NCBI GenBank assembly: GCA_951406725.2
Contig: OX597817.1
Span: 146,506,001-146,570,000, forward strand
Direction: 5' to 3'
DNA length: 64,000 nt
Source of the DNA: Octopus vulgaris
Lineage: Eukaryota
The translations under genes and the position numbers were made by a program. The notes under the pieces are model-generated. The model searched no databases. It was not told the DNA's origin and saw only the letters and a list, made by a program, of their open reading frames with translations. Shown here piece after piece: positions 49,857 to 62,009 of this stretch. Each line of letters begins with the position of its first letter. Position 1 is the first letter of the stretch.

Positions 49857-50582
49857 ATGGCAGCGAAAATCAGGATCGCCAGCGACATCATCAGACCCTT
49901 TAATGGTGAAGGCGATGTAATGTCCTGGATTCGTAAAATCAGGCTGGTGGCAAGACTGCAAGGTATAAGCGATGTGGCAAGTCTTATGGCGCTGTATTTA
50001 GAAGGGAGTGCGTTGACGCTATATCTTGAGATGGAGGAGGAGGAACGCCTGAGCGAGGAAAAGATAGAGCAACGGTTACGGGATGCCTACACAGAGTGTG
50101 AATACACAGCTTTTGCTAAGCTGGGTACGATCAGATGGACAGGAGGACAGTTGGACGAGTACGCGGCAGAAGTTAGAAGGTTAGCGACGTTGGCTGGGTT
50201 TACAGGAGAAGGGCTGGAGAGAGCAGCGCGCCTGGCGTTTGTAAATGGGTTCCCCGACGATGTAGGGATTCACCTACAACGATTGCCCGGGATTAAAAAG
50301 ATGGCGCTGAGCGAACTTGTGACACAAGCCCGCGTGTTGACGCGATACTTTGGGCGGAAGGCGATAGCGATGGCGGTGACGGAGGTGCGTAAAGACGGAC
50401 GACGACCGGAGAAAGACGTACAGAAGCCTACCATGCAACGACAGCGGCCGTTCTCAGGTCGGTGTTTTAAATGTCAGGGGTCGCACATGGCGTGGGACTG
50501 TACGCAACCGGGGCCCGTTTGCGACCAGGGAAACGACCGCGGGGAAGTTGCTGCCTCTCGAACTTTCCCCGCAAACGAGTAG
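49857..50582 (+). CDS. gag: Gypsy gag with CCHC zinc knuckle
   Basis: 241-aa ORF just after the 5' LTR, containing CFKCQGSHMAWDC. Confidence 0.85.
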   Translation: MAAKIRIASDIIRPFNGEGDVMSWIRKIRLVARLQGISDVASLMALYLEGSALTLYLEMEEEERLSEEKIEQRLRDAYTECEYTAFAKLGTIRWTGGQLDEYAAEVRRLATLAGFTGEGLERAARLAFVNGFPDDVGIHLQRLPGIKKMALSELVTQARVLTRYFGRKAIAMAVTEVRKDGRRPEKDVQKPTMQRQRPFSGRCFKCQGSHMAWDCTQPGPVCDQGNDRGEVAASRTFPANE

Positions 50583-53364
50583 AGGCGCTATTGGAGATGC
50601 TGCCATTAATTGACGTGGAGGCCGAGGGGAAGACGTTCAAGGCCCTCGTGGATACGGGCTGTACGACCACCCTTGTGACTTCAAGGGTGACGAAGAAATG
50701 GAACGGGGCAAGTAGCGTCCGGGCGGTCGACGGCAGCGAAGTCCGTTGCAGAGGCAGCAGCAAGGTAGAGATAGTGGTGCGCGGCGCTAAGGCTGCAGGT
50801 AATTGTGGCTGAACGCGTGATAGATGGGGTTGATGTGGTGATGGGGATGGACGCCATCAACCGTCTCGGTGGCGTCAGTGTTGTGGGAAATGAGGTCACG
50901 TTCGGAAGCGTGGGGGCGTCGTGCACTGCGAGTCAGGATCGCCAGAGAGAGCAGAGCCCCGCGAGGGACTGCGCCGCTTACACCATCGAGGACAAAGACT
51001 TCCAGGCGGCGTTCGATGGTCAGCGGTGGACGATAGAGTGGCGATGGAAGGACGATCCCCCGATGCTGTGAAAAACAGAGTGAGCTGTTACCAGCATACT
51101 CTGAAAGGCCACGCCAGGGTTGAGTCTGAAGACGAGGTGGAAAGGTGGGTCGAGGAAGGGGTCCTTGTCCCTTAGAAGGAGGAGGTAGCGGGCGGAGTGC
51201 TGCCCCTGATGGCGGTGGTGCAGCCTACGAAGGGAAAAGTCAGACCGGTGCTGGACTTCAGAGAGCCAAACCAGCATATATCGTGTCACACGGGAGGTGA
51301 GGCGACAGAGGTTTGTGGCGAGACGTTACGTGCGTGGAGACAGTCGACCGAGGCAGCGACAATTGTCGACTTGAAATCGGCATACATGCAGCTCCATGTG
51401 AGCGACAAACTGTGGCGATATCAGCTGGTGCGGTACAAAGGCTGGACGTACTGTTTAACCAGGCTGGGTTTCGGGCTGAATTCCGCTCCGAAGATCATGG
51501 CGGCAGTGCTTAAGTTCGTCCTAGGGAAAGACGGCAAGATTAGAAAGGCCACCAGCTCCTACACTGACGACATTTTGGTGGACGAAACTGTAGTGCCAGC
51601 CAACGAGGTAGTTAGACATCTGGAGACGTTCGGACTGATTGCAAAGCCACCGGAGTCGATGGAAGTGGGAGCCGCGCTGGGGCTGAAGCTGCGAAGAGAT
51701 AGATCGGGTGAATTGGTGTTCCGGAGAGGGAATGAAATCCCAGAGCTGAGTTCCAGCGTCAGCAGGGAGAGCTGTTCTCGGTGTGTGGGAAGTTGGTCGG
51801 TCACTACCCGATCGCTGGATGGCTACGCACGGCGTGCAGTTACACCAAGAGACGAGCGGAGGGGGGAGAGTTGGGGCGACAAGGTGGGAGAAGGGACGGT
51901 GGCGATGATGCAGGAAATCCTAGAGAGGACGAGAGCGGAAGATCCGGTCAGGGGGAACTGGTACGTGCCCAAGATGGAATACGGGACTGTCTGGTGTGAT
52001 GCTAACAGTATAGCGATAGGGGTTATGTTGGCAATCGAAGGCGCTGCGGTGGAGGACGCGGCCTGGCTTCGGAAAGCAGATGACTTCAACCACATCAATG
52101 TCGCCGAATTAGACGCGGTGCTGAAAGGGGTGAACTTGGCCCTGAAATGGGGGCTGCGCACAATTGAAATCCGGACGGATTCGGCCATTGTGCTTGGCTG
52201 GGTAGGATCGGCGATCACCGGTGAAAGGAGAGTACGGACGAAAGGTGCCTCGGAGATGTTAGTGAAGCGCCGTCTAGGAGTTCTAGGTGAATTGATCGCC
52301 GAGTTCGGACTGAAGCTGAATGTGGTTTTCGTGCCTTCGGAGAAAAACAGGGCGGACGCACTGACCAGGGTGAAAAGAGCGTGGTTGGAAGAACCGGAGG
52401 AGGCCCGGAAAGGGATAGCTGCGGCGTGTCGGTTGGATGACTCTGAACTGAAGAGACTGCATGCTATGCATCACCTGGGTGTGGACAGGACCCTGTATCT
52501 GGCGAAGAAAATTGATGCTGACGTCACTAGGAGAAGCATCCGGAAAGTGGTCGGGAGCTGCAACAGGTGTCAGTCCATCGACCCTGCTCCGTGTGGGCAT
52601 GAACAGGGAAGCCTTTCGGTGGGGCACAACTGGAAAATGCTAGCTGTGGATGTGACGCACTACCATCAGGGAATGTATCTCTCCATGGTCGACTGCGGGC
52701 CATTTGGATGGAGTTGAGAACGGGCACTGCTGACGAGATCGCGCATATCTTGAACGGGATATTTTTAGAGAGAGGTCCCGTGGAAGAACTGCTGATGGAC
52801 AATGGGGCGGCGTTTCGTTCGGAAGCATTGAGGGTTATGCTTGATCGGTGGAAGGTGCGTCGCTTGTTCAGAGCAGCGTATAGGCCGAGCGGTAACGGGA
52901 TCGTCGAGAGGCACCATCGGACAGTCAAGGCCATAGCGGAAAGAGGGCACATTTCGCCGCTTGAAGCAGTTTTTTGGTACAACTTGTCTCCCCGATCCGG
53001 ACAAGCTGAGGAATCTGTGCCGCAGAGAGCTGTATTTAAATATGAATGGAGGCACCCGAGCAAAGCGCCGGAGGGCCACTAGGAAGAGAAGGGACCCGTT
53101 TGCGTGAAAATAGGGGAGGAAGTCTGGGTTAAGCCACCAAAGGCGCGCTGTACGTCTCAATGGCGCAGAGGAACGGTGACGGCGGTCAATTCCAGAAACA
53201 ATGTCTCCGTGGATGGAATGCCGCGACACGTCTTGGACCTTCGCAGGATTGTCGCTTCGACGGACGACGATTGTGGAGAGGGGGAGAACGAGGTGCCCAG
53301 CTTGAGAAGATCTCGACGCGTAAGGCGCCCTCCCGGTTGGATGGTGGACTACGACATGGAGTAG
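50528..53364 (+). pseudogene. pol: Gypsy pol (protease, RT, RNase H, integrase) broken by frameshifts and stops
   Basis: ALVDTGCTTT (protease); KVRPVLDFR, VDLKSAYMQL, LGFGLNSAP, YTDDIL (RT); WCDANS, ELDAV, RTDS (RNase H); H..HH...CNRC, AVDVTHY, DNGAAF, GNGIVERHHRTVK (integrase). Split across several ORFs; in-frame TAGs near 51175 and 53082. Confidence 0.9.
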
Positions 53365-53712
53365 AGAGATTGTGATCTTTAAGATCAGGGTGGCGTGTGG
53401 GATGACGTCAGCAGCTGGGGAGCTGACCGGAAGGGGCAGCCGGGACGCGCGCGCAGCGAGCGGGGATTTCTGCCTTTTTTTCAAGTCAGGTCGTCGAGGG
53501 GTTAAGACGGGTGAGTCACGTTGTTAAGGTTGGGTGAAGCAGCTGCTATCTCTAGCGTTCGGGTCGGGCTGTGTCGAAGGGTCCGTTACCGCTGAAGGGT
53601 CTCCATCTGAGGTCTCCAACCACGCCTTTATATCGAATCTCTTGCACACACCACAATATCAAAACAAAACAATGTACATGATAACACTTCCAATCAGTTA
53701 AGATCAGAAGCC

Positions 53713-53972
53713 GGTACTACTTAAGAAGAGTGGTCCCGGTGCACGCACTCGCGTACTCGCGCATCCGCGCTAGCTAGTCGTGACTAGTCAATCCTAAAAC
53801 GACACCCTAGCAAAGTAAAGAAAAGACAAAATAATTTTTTTACACAAAGTAAATAATTTTTTAAAACAAAGTAAATAAAACACAAAAACACAAAGTAAGG
53901 ATCGACTAGTCACGACTAGCTAGCGCGGATGCGCGAGTACGCGCACCGGGACCACTCTTCTTAAGTAGTACA
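53713..53972. mobile_element. Merlin-like MITE
   Basis: Long TIR GGTACTACTTAAGAAGAGTGGTCCCGGTGC... with a GGNRM terminus; 8-bp TSD CAGAAGCC/TAGAAGCC (1 mismatch). Confidence 0.7.
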
Positions 53973-54156
53973 TAGAAGCCATGAGACCCACTGTCTGGTA
54001 TGGCATCGTTATTCTTCTTCTTCTTATTATTATTATAATAAAAGAATTAATTACTATTATTATTATTATAAAAACCCTTTGTAACCTTTCGTCTTGTTTT
54101 GTCCCTTTATGTTTACTAATCATGTGTGTCAGCCCTTGTGGCCAATAAAAAGAATT

Positions 54157-54157
54157 A

Positions 54158-54213
<56 letters not shown>

Positions 54214-54398
54214 CATCATCATCTAATTTGAGAGATCAAACGAAATCAAAGAGATAGAAAGTTGAAGAAAAGTTTTAAATGTTTTTATAAAATGATATAT
54301 ATATTTATTTTATATAACTGCATCCAAGGAATTTTTAACTTCAGTTCAAAGAAACAGGAGAAAGAAAGAAAGAAAGAAAGAAAGATCGATAGATAGAT

Positions 54399-54466
<68 letters not shown>

Positions 54467-54480
54467 CGAGAGAGAGAGAG
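54157..54480. repeat. (ATT)n, (AAAG)n and (GA)n microsatellites upstream of the ACAD9-like exon
   Basis: Directly visible. Confidence 0.9.
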
Positions 54481-54980
54481 ACTAATCAATCTAGCATATA
54501 ACCGGCAATTATTTCACCTACAGTGGAGGGGGTCAAAGACAAATCGACCCCAGTGAAATTTGTATGCAGAGCCTTAGAGGGATATAACTAAAGAGAGCAA
54601 GATGTGTTGTCTCGCATTCTACTGATTCTACCAAGCATAGCCTTCTCGTCATAAATTACTAAAAGTTATTGGAATAAATCGAAGTTTCTGCGCAGTAATC
54701 TATAATGAACTAAAGAAAATAGATCCACGAACAAAGAAGCAAAAACTCAAGAATATTTCATTTGAAAATTAATATAATAGTGAAAGATAGCCTTTAAAAT
54801 AAATCTTATTTAAAATAATGCGATAAATAAAATATATTTAGCTTCTTTCTTTTGTGATTTGTGCTTGTTACAAACTGTGCTTGTTGCGAACTAATTATAT
54901 ACGAAACTGTGTCCATGTTTTGTAACAGTTCATTCGCTTGTTGTCTGCTACACACGACTGAGTCCGCTTCTGCAAAAGCC

Positions 54981-55238
54981 ATGTCCTTAATTGCTTACGG
55001 CGGTGTTCGACCTCTTACGTATCGAATAGGTACTCAATTCTTACAGAAAAGCAGTACTCAGAAGATCTTTCAAATTCCTAATTTACAACGACTCCTTTCA
55101 GCAACATCATCTTCAGCTTCGTCGTCAACACTTCTAAAGCAGAATTATGAAAACTCCCAAGTCTCTCCGACCTCAGGAGAACAGGTCCCTTCTCCGGAAC
55201 CCTTCGTGAAAAACCTTTTCCTTGGCAAATTCGACAAA
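54981..55238 (+). CDS. ACAD9: Mitochondrial acyl-CoA dehydrogenase family member 9-like, coding exon 1 (gene probably continues beyond window)
   Basis: GCC ATG start and an S/R/L-rich, acid-poor presequence-like N-terminus. It ends in PFVKNLFLGKFDK (compare human ACAD9 AFAKELFLGKIKK), followed by donor AAA|GTTAGT, phase 0. ACADVL is not excluded. Confidence 0.75.
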
Positions 55239-56618
55239 GTTAGTAATATACCTTTTCTTGTTAACGTATTTATTTATCTATCTATCTGTAGTTTGTTTCT
55301 AACAGCTATGAAATTTGAAATCAAAAGGTCTTGTCTCGGATCCATGTGTTTCTTAAAACACTTAAGGTCAATTTTTACCGGTAATTAGCATCACTATATT
55401 AATTTAATTTATTGAACTCATTAGAATATTTAGAAGTGGAACAGTTTCTAGTGAGATGCAAAAACCATGCAAGATATCTAAATAGTCTGTTTGGTGGCCA
55501 GTAAAATGTTTTTTGTTTTGTTTTGGCGCTGTTTTGTTTAAAGCCGTCAGTGTGTGTGAACATGTGTGATCGACTTTCTGTTTCAGTCCAACTTTTGTGT
55601 TCTTTAAACCCAAATGTTCTACTGATACCAAAAGTCTAACCAGATGTACTGAACTTCTTAACATAGCTGTGTTTAAATTTTTCGGTTAATTTTCTTTAGT
55701 AAAATCAAGACAGATTATTCAAGATAAAATGGGGAATTTTCGTTTTAGTCAGAAACTGATTAGTATTAAGGGATTTACCGTTTTTTTCTAGATAATTGTG
55801 TTTAGATAAACGTCCATTCTAAGCGAGGGAAGCATGGGCTCCAACTTGTGGAAGTTAGGGATCAGCCAGTTACCTATTTGGCTCTGTCGTAGCTGGATGT
55901 ATAATCGTCGAAATAATGTTTACAAACACAGCAGCTTAAACTAAGGTTAGGGGATTCACAGTTCCTTTATAGACAGTTGTATTTAAGGGGCGACGTAAAC
56001 GCATCTTAGAGACTACTTTCATTTTGAGCATCTCCAAATAACTCCAAGATACTTTTGAGATTGTTGCAATGGCATGTCATGACAATACACAAATACCTCC
56101 TTGTATGGGTTGAAACTCCGAAAAAAAAAAAAATCTGAAGCTGTTTGCGATATCTTTAGGGTCGAAGTACGTCCCTTTTTACTTTTAAAAGGTAAAACGT
56201 AAAACTATTGAAAAGGTTGCAAGACGTAACGAAAATTTTAGGACAATAAAATTAAGAAAAACGTGGAAATTTTACCGGTGAGTGTGTTACATAATAAGGC
56301 ACAAAAAGAAAATGACTCTCCCCAGACACAGTAAAAGATTAACTAATATTGAAAATCGTGAATCCACCTCGCCAAATTTCATGAAAAAAAAAATAAGTGT
56401 TTAATAAAATAATAATAAACCAACGAAATCTTCCTTCGACCGCCGAATAAACCGATTTCTTGGTACCAAAATGTATCGGACTGTTTTCGCTTTTTGCATA
56501 GAACCATGAAACGCAGTTAATGATTATCAAAAGTCTGGATTCTACATAGTTTGTCACTACCAAATTTCATTCACAAAATAGTGTCGATTTTGTTATGTAC
56601 AGTAGTCAAAATACGGAC

Positions 56619-56860
56619 TATCTATCTGTCTGTCTGTCTATTTATCCATCTATCTTTCTGTCTGTCTATCCATCTATCTTTCTGTCTGTCTATCCATCTA
56701 TCTGTCTGTCTATCCATCTATCTGTCTGTCTGTCTATTTTTCCATCTATCCGTATGTCTGCCTGTCTTTCTATCTATCTGTCTGTCTTTCTTTCTTTCTT
56801 TCTTTCTGTCTGCTCTTCTATCTGTCTGTCTTTCTGCTTCTATATCTGTCTGTCTATCTG
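56619..56860. repeat. Compound (TCTG/TCTA)n tetranucleotide repeat
   Basis: Directly visible. Confidence 0.9.
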
Positions 56861-57064
56861 TTTTTCGCTGTTTTTTTTTTTGCTTGTGTAACAATGTATT
56901 TATATTACCAAAATTCCCATATGGTACTAGCTTCTTAACAGAGCTTTGTATAATCATGCTTTTTCGCATTTTGTTACCTTTTAAGTTCAAATCCCGCCGA
57001 AGTCAGCTTTATTTTTCATCTACCCGACGTTGATAAAACAATAATACGAGTCATGTCCGAACGT

Positions 57065-57102
<38 letters not shown>

Positions 57103-58846
57103 ATCTATATATATATATATATTCCTATAATTCATCTTGGATATGGGAATGGAATTATAAATAAAATAGATTAAGCTAATTTTTACTTTTCTATATTTCC
57201 AAAATCAATACAAACTGCCAAACGCTTTTAGTTCAATTTAATTGTATCATACTTTTAGTTCTGTTTCTCTTTTTCGATTCTTAATAAAAACCGAACAATA
57301 CTATTAATAGTGAACAAAGACGAATATTCTAATATTAGTTATAAAATACAATATAGTTCTCAAAATGACTAAACAACTTAAAAAAACATAGAAGTATTTC
57401 AAAGTCGCAGTTGTATAAAGACATCAACTTTCGACATACTATTTTCCTAGTAGTCTCTTGGAATTCCAGTATTCGGGATAGTAGTAAATTCTTGGTTGAT
57501 AGTTTTTAGTTCATGCTATTTCGCTTAGGCCCTTCTTAGAAAACCCCATTTTTCTCTACGACCAACCTGTGTCCTTGTTGCGTTGACCTAGGTCATTGCT
57601 GATTGATCAAACCTGAGATCGATGACTTTCAGGTCATTGCTCTCTTTTCTTTTTTCTAACTATTTTGCGTCCAGAACCACATAGTTTAATGTTTTGTCTT
57701 TAAGATATAAGGATATAATTTCTAGGTGAAGCGACTGATAAGTTATCAGCTGATATAAACAGGGTCGTCTTAACACCTTTATAGGTCCTGGGGCAAGGCA
57801 ATGCAATAGGGTCTGCAGTATTTATTTATTAATATGAAAACTACGACTTTGGGCTACATACGTGGGACCTCTGAATACAGGCCTGGTGGATCTGTGCTTT
57901 GTGCTGTTTTCTACGTAATTATGTGTCATTAATAGTATTTTTATCTGGATCTGCAAAATGTAGGATACAATTCTGTTTTATGTAAATTCAAATTGATGAA
58001 AATATTTGCACTTCATTTTCCATATTTTTATTGCCCCTGTCTATTTAACCATAGTTGTAAACTGTGTATATTTACAAAACAACTCATCTCAAATGGAACT
58101 CGGTCAGAAAGTAGAACTTCTGCAGTCGACGACCTTTTATTGCATAACTCAAAGCTAAACCAAAATATTTAGGACTCTTCGAATAGGAAGCACTTTACAA
58201 AACTAATCTCAACTAAAAGGTCGGTCAAAAACTAGGACTGTTATATGTATAGTCACATACAACACTACCAAGAGCCACGGTAAACATGACGCAAACTGAA
58301 AAACCCGATTTAATTGCATGCTTAACAACATAGGCGTGTACTCTCGGCCCACGGAAAATACAAGAATAGCAGCCAGATTTTTTGCAGATGGCACTCTTCT
58401 TAAAGGAAGGACACGTTGATAGTTTGAGGATCTAGTTGGTTTGGCCTTGAGCATTTCAAAAATTGATAATGATGCTAGCAGCCAAATCAACTTCATTCGC
58501 AATCTCTAATGGCGCAATATAGTTCAAAACACTCTATTTACCTTTGGTTTACTACTAAGCATGACTCTCTCTCCACCTCGGCAACCACTAATTAGAAAGG
58601 TGACTGACTAGTAAATAAAAAATGTATTCTGTAAAAAGAAAATAAATCCTGGATGCGAATGGAATTATGATAAAAGAAATATAGCAGCGAAGTTCTTTTG
58701 TAATTATTTATTTGGGAATTTAGCGCAAACTTTTTCTCATTGCTTTAATATTCAGTAAAATCACATTTAGAGTAATTTTATTGGCTTACAAGAGCAGGTG
58801 GACGATAGTTTAATATATTAATTCAGAGGACCACAGGACAAGTTTT

Positions 58847-59319
58847 GGCGATCTTTCGTCTCTAGTAGACCTTTCCGTTTTGGCGATCTTTCGTCTCTAG
58901 TAGACCTTTCCGTCGATTTCCGTAAATTTTTTTTTTTTTATATATGGGCTTGCGGGAACTTTTGAAGTAATATACATACATATACACATACACCGAGTAA
59001 AAAATTTCAGTTATCTCTTTCTTTCACACATTACTCTGTCTCTTCACACACACTAAGAGAAGCACTTCACTTACACAACATACTGTCTGTCTCCCACACC
59101 CCATCAAACACACACACACACACGCACGCACGCACACACACATGTCCATCAATGCTCCCATGCACGGTAACTTCAAAAGAACTTCCCTCGTCATACAATC
59201 ACTTTCTCTTAGTCTCTTTCGCTCTCATTACTTCAAAAGTTCCCGCAAGCCCACATGTAAAAAAAAATTTTTTTTTTACGGAAATCGATGGAAAGGTCTA
59301 CTAGAGACGAAAGATTGCC
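58847..59319. mobile_element. Merlin-like MITE, copy 1 (presumed ACAD9 intron 1)
   Basis: TIR GGCGATCTTTCGTCTCTAGTAGACC..., ~100-bp inverted arms, 8-bp TSD CAAGTTTT. Confidence 0.8.
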
Positions 59320-59350
59320 CAAGTTTTATTTCAATAAAAGTTATTGATAA

Positions 59351-59750
59351 GGCGGCGAGCTGGCAGAAACGCTAGCACGTCGGGCGAAATGCTTAGCAGT
59401 ATTTCGTCTGCCGTTACGTTCTGAGTTCAAATACCGCTGAGGTCGACTTTGCCTTTCATCCTTTCGAGGTCGATTAAGTAAGTACCAGTTACGCACTGAG
59501 GTCGACATAATCGACTTAATCCGTTTGTCTGTCCTTGTTTGTCCTCTCTGTGTTTAGCCCCTTGTGGGTAGTAAAGAAATAGGTATTTCGTCTGTCTTTA
59601 CTTTAAGTTCGAATTCTGCCCAGATCGACTTTGTTTTTCATCCTTTTGGGGGGTCGATGAATTGAGTACCAGTTGTGTACAGGGGTCGATCTACTCGACT
59701 GGCCTCCTCCCCCAAAATTTCGGGCCTTGTGCCTAGAGTAGAAAAAAGAA
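59351..59750 (+). mobile_element. tRNA-derived SINE family B, dimeric copy
   Basis: GGCGGCGAGCTGGCAGAA head, GAGTTCAAAT B box, central GCCTTTCATCCTTTCG..GTCGAT domain; TSD TATTGATAA. Other copies near 26750, 32415, 32665, 35530, 36588 and 40700. Confidence 0.8.
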
Positions 59751-60248
59751 ATATTGATAATAAATTCTTAGTATGTATAAATTTTGGCTTTATTACTGAA
59801 ATGTTATTTCAATTAGTTCCTTTAAAAGAATGCAGTTGTAACTTTTAGTCTAAAAAAATAAATAAATAAAAGTAGAAAAGATACGATTTGTGTAAAAAAT
59901 GTCACAAAAGTATACTTAAAATACAAATGTTAAATCAGTTTCTATACACAATATATGTAAACAGTTATTTGATATAATAGATGTCACTCTTTGACTTGAA
60001 TAAAATATTTAAAGAATTTTTACATCACTTGTTTATGTCACGTTTTATTTTATTTTATTTTTTTACTAATTGCCATACAATAATTTTTTGCTATAAAAGG
60101 AACTTCAATACGGTCATGTAGCTTGCTAGAAATAACAATATTCCTCAAATCGTAATGTATTTCTTTTAAAAAGGACACGTTAATAATAAAGTTCTATACA
60201 AAAAAAAAAAAAAAAAAGATCGGATGGTTACGGTTGACGCGCCTTCGA

Positions 60249-60462
60249 GGCGATCTTTCGTCTCTAGTAGACCTTTCCGTCGATTTCCGTAAAAAAATAT
60301 TTTTTTTTTACATATGGGCTTGCGGGAACTTTTGAAGTAATATACATACATATACACATACACCGAGTAAAAAATTTCAGTTATCTCTTTCTTTCACACA
60401 TTACTCTGTCTCTTCACACACACTAAGAGAAGCACTTCACTTACACAACATACTGTCTGTCT

Positions 60463-60494
<32 letters not shown>

Positions 60495-60667
60495 CATCAA
60501 TGCTTGCCATTCACGGTAACTTCAAAAGAACTTCCCTCGTCATAAAACGGCTTACTCTTAGTCTCTTTCGCTCTCATTACTTCAAAAGTTCCCGCAAGCC
60601 CATATGTAAAAAAAAAAAAAATTTTACGGAAATCGACGGAAAGGTCTACTAGAGACGAAAGATTGCC
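60249..60667. mobile_element. Merlin-like MITE, copy 2
   Basis: Near-identical to 58847-59319, with its own 8-bp TSD GCCTTCGA. Confidence 0.85.
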
Positions 60668-60919
60668 GCCTTCGATCATAGATTTTTTTAATCAGGGCTG
60701 ATTTGCGAACGTAAAATAACTTTTAAAGAAATCCATTCAGTTATTGTTTCAAGCATGTCATTGATAAAGAGGCAGAAATCTCCAAATTTATAGACGTTAA
60801 TCGAGATTGATTATTATGCCTCAGAGTTATTAAGGAAGTTGTTCAATGAAACAATTACAATTAAGAATCAGAATTTGGATGCAAATGATTTTGTTTTTGT
60901 TTTTATTATTTATCAGAAT

Positions 60920-61340
60920 AGGCGTAGGAGTGGCTGTGTGGTAAGTAGCTTGCTTACCAACCACATGGTTCCAGGTTCAGTCCCACTGCGTGGCACCTTA
61001 GGCAAGTATCTTCTACTATAGCCTTGGGCCGACCAAAGCCTTGTGAGTGGATTTTGTAGACGGAAGCTGAAAGAAGCCCGTCGTATATATGTACATATAT
61101 ATATATATGTGTGTGTGTATATGTTTGTGTGTCTGTGTTTATCCCCTCAACATCGGTTGACAACCGATGCTGGTGTGTTTACATTCCCGTAACCTAGCGG
61201 TTCGGCAATAGAGAGCGATAGAATAAGTTCTAGGCTTACGAAGAATAAGTCGTGGGGTCGATTTGCTCGACTAAAGGCGGTGCTCCAGCATAGCAACAGT
61301 CAAATGACTGAAACAAGTAAAAGAGTAAAAGGAGTAAGAG
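60920..61340 (+). mobile_element. tRNA-derived SINE family A (internal TA/TG microsatellite, GAGTAAAA tail); representative full copy
   Basis: A box TGGCTGTGTGG, B box GGTTCAGTCCC. Other copies at ~11617-11893(+), 14195-14573(-), 18931-19345(-), 23675-24075(-), 26135-26512(-), 27400-27830(+), 30009-30362(+), 31103-31484(+), 37113-37515(+), plus older partial copies. Confidence 0.85.
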
Positions 61341-62009
61341 AATAGTTGGGGGTAATGCCCTCCAAAATAATTGTAATTAATGGGTAGTTTGAACTTTTGT
61401 TGGTTGGCATATGCAATAAAAATGTGAACATGGAGAGAATTCGAAAGAATTAAAACTTAGATTTTCTTGCATTGATTCACTCATGCCCTTTATGAGACAT
61501 AATGTGTGTGTGTGAGAGAGAGATAGAGGGTGGGGCAGAAGTAGGCAAATGGAATAGGCCTATACAAGTTTTTGTAACTATTGGAGGATTAGAAAAAATG
61601 TCTGTGAACAAGTGAATGAATCTTGTTGCTTAGTAAATCTCTGTTAATCTGTCAAATAGCCGTCTTTAGGATGTTTTATGTAACAGCAGCTATGTCCTAA
61701 TTATGTAAGCCATACACTAAAATGGATCATTGTTTAACTTTGTAAGAAGGCCAACAACTGAATATTGATCTGGAGTAAAGTATTTCTTGTCTCTGAGGAA
61801 CAACCCTAGTTTCTGAGAGGCAGCTGTAAGGTTGCTGTGAGAGATCACTAGAGGTTATCAAGTTTAGCATTTGCAGAGACTTTTTATTTCATTTTTGATA
61901 TAGCAATATGTGTATCATACTTAATGCAGAAACATCACAGAAAGCCAAACTAACTGTAGTATAGAGATAATATCTCTTATAGATATACAATGTTGCTATT
62001 TAAAACTGC

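Larger units (their letters stand above)
49558..53655 (+). mobile_element. Full-length, disabled Ty3/Gypsy-type LTR retrotransposon (~4.1 kb)
   Basis: LTRs 49558-49821 and 53396-53655 (TGT...ACA), 5-bp TSD ATATC, purine-rich PPT-like tract before the 3' LTR. Domain order is gag, PR, RT, RH, IN. Confidence 0.95.
48110..54007 (-). mobile_element. Unclassified ~550-bp non-coding element flanked by (AAT)n, split by three insertions
   Basis: Segments 48110-48400, 49378-49557, 53661-53712 and 53981-54007 join once the TSD-bounded inserts are removed; ATT-type repeats on both sides. Confidence 0.55.

Noticed and set aside
52283-53484. Long antisense ORFs (up to 239 aa) over the Gypsy integrase
   Set aside because: These are shadow frames of GC-rich coding sequence with no recognisable motifs.
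54861-54980. N-terminal extension in the 175-aa ORF track call
   Set aside because: The track uses a GTG start and reads through the splice donor. GCC ATG at 54981 gives a better presequence, although an upstream in-frame ATG near 54916 cannot be fully excluded.
58200-58600. Possible Tc3-like transposase N-terminus on the minus strand
   Set aside because: Only a faint resemblance, with multiple stops and no TIRs identified.
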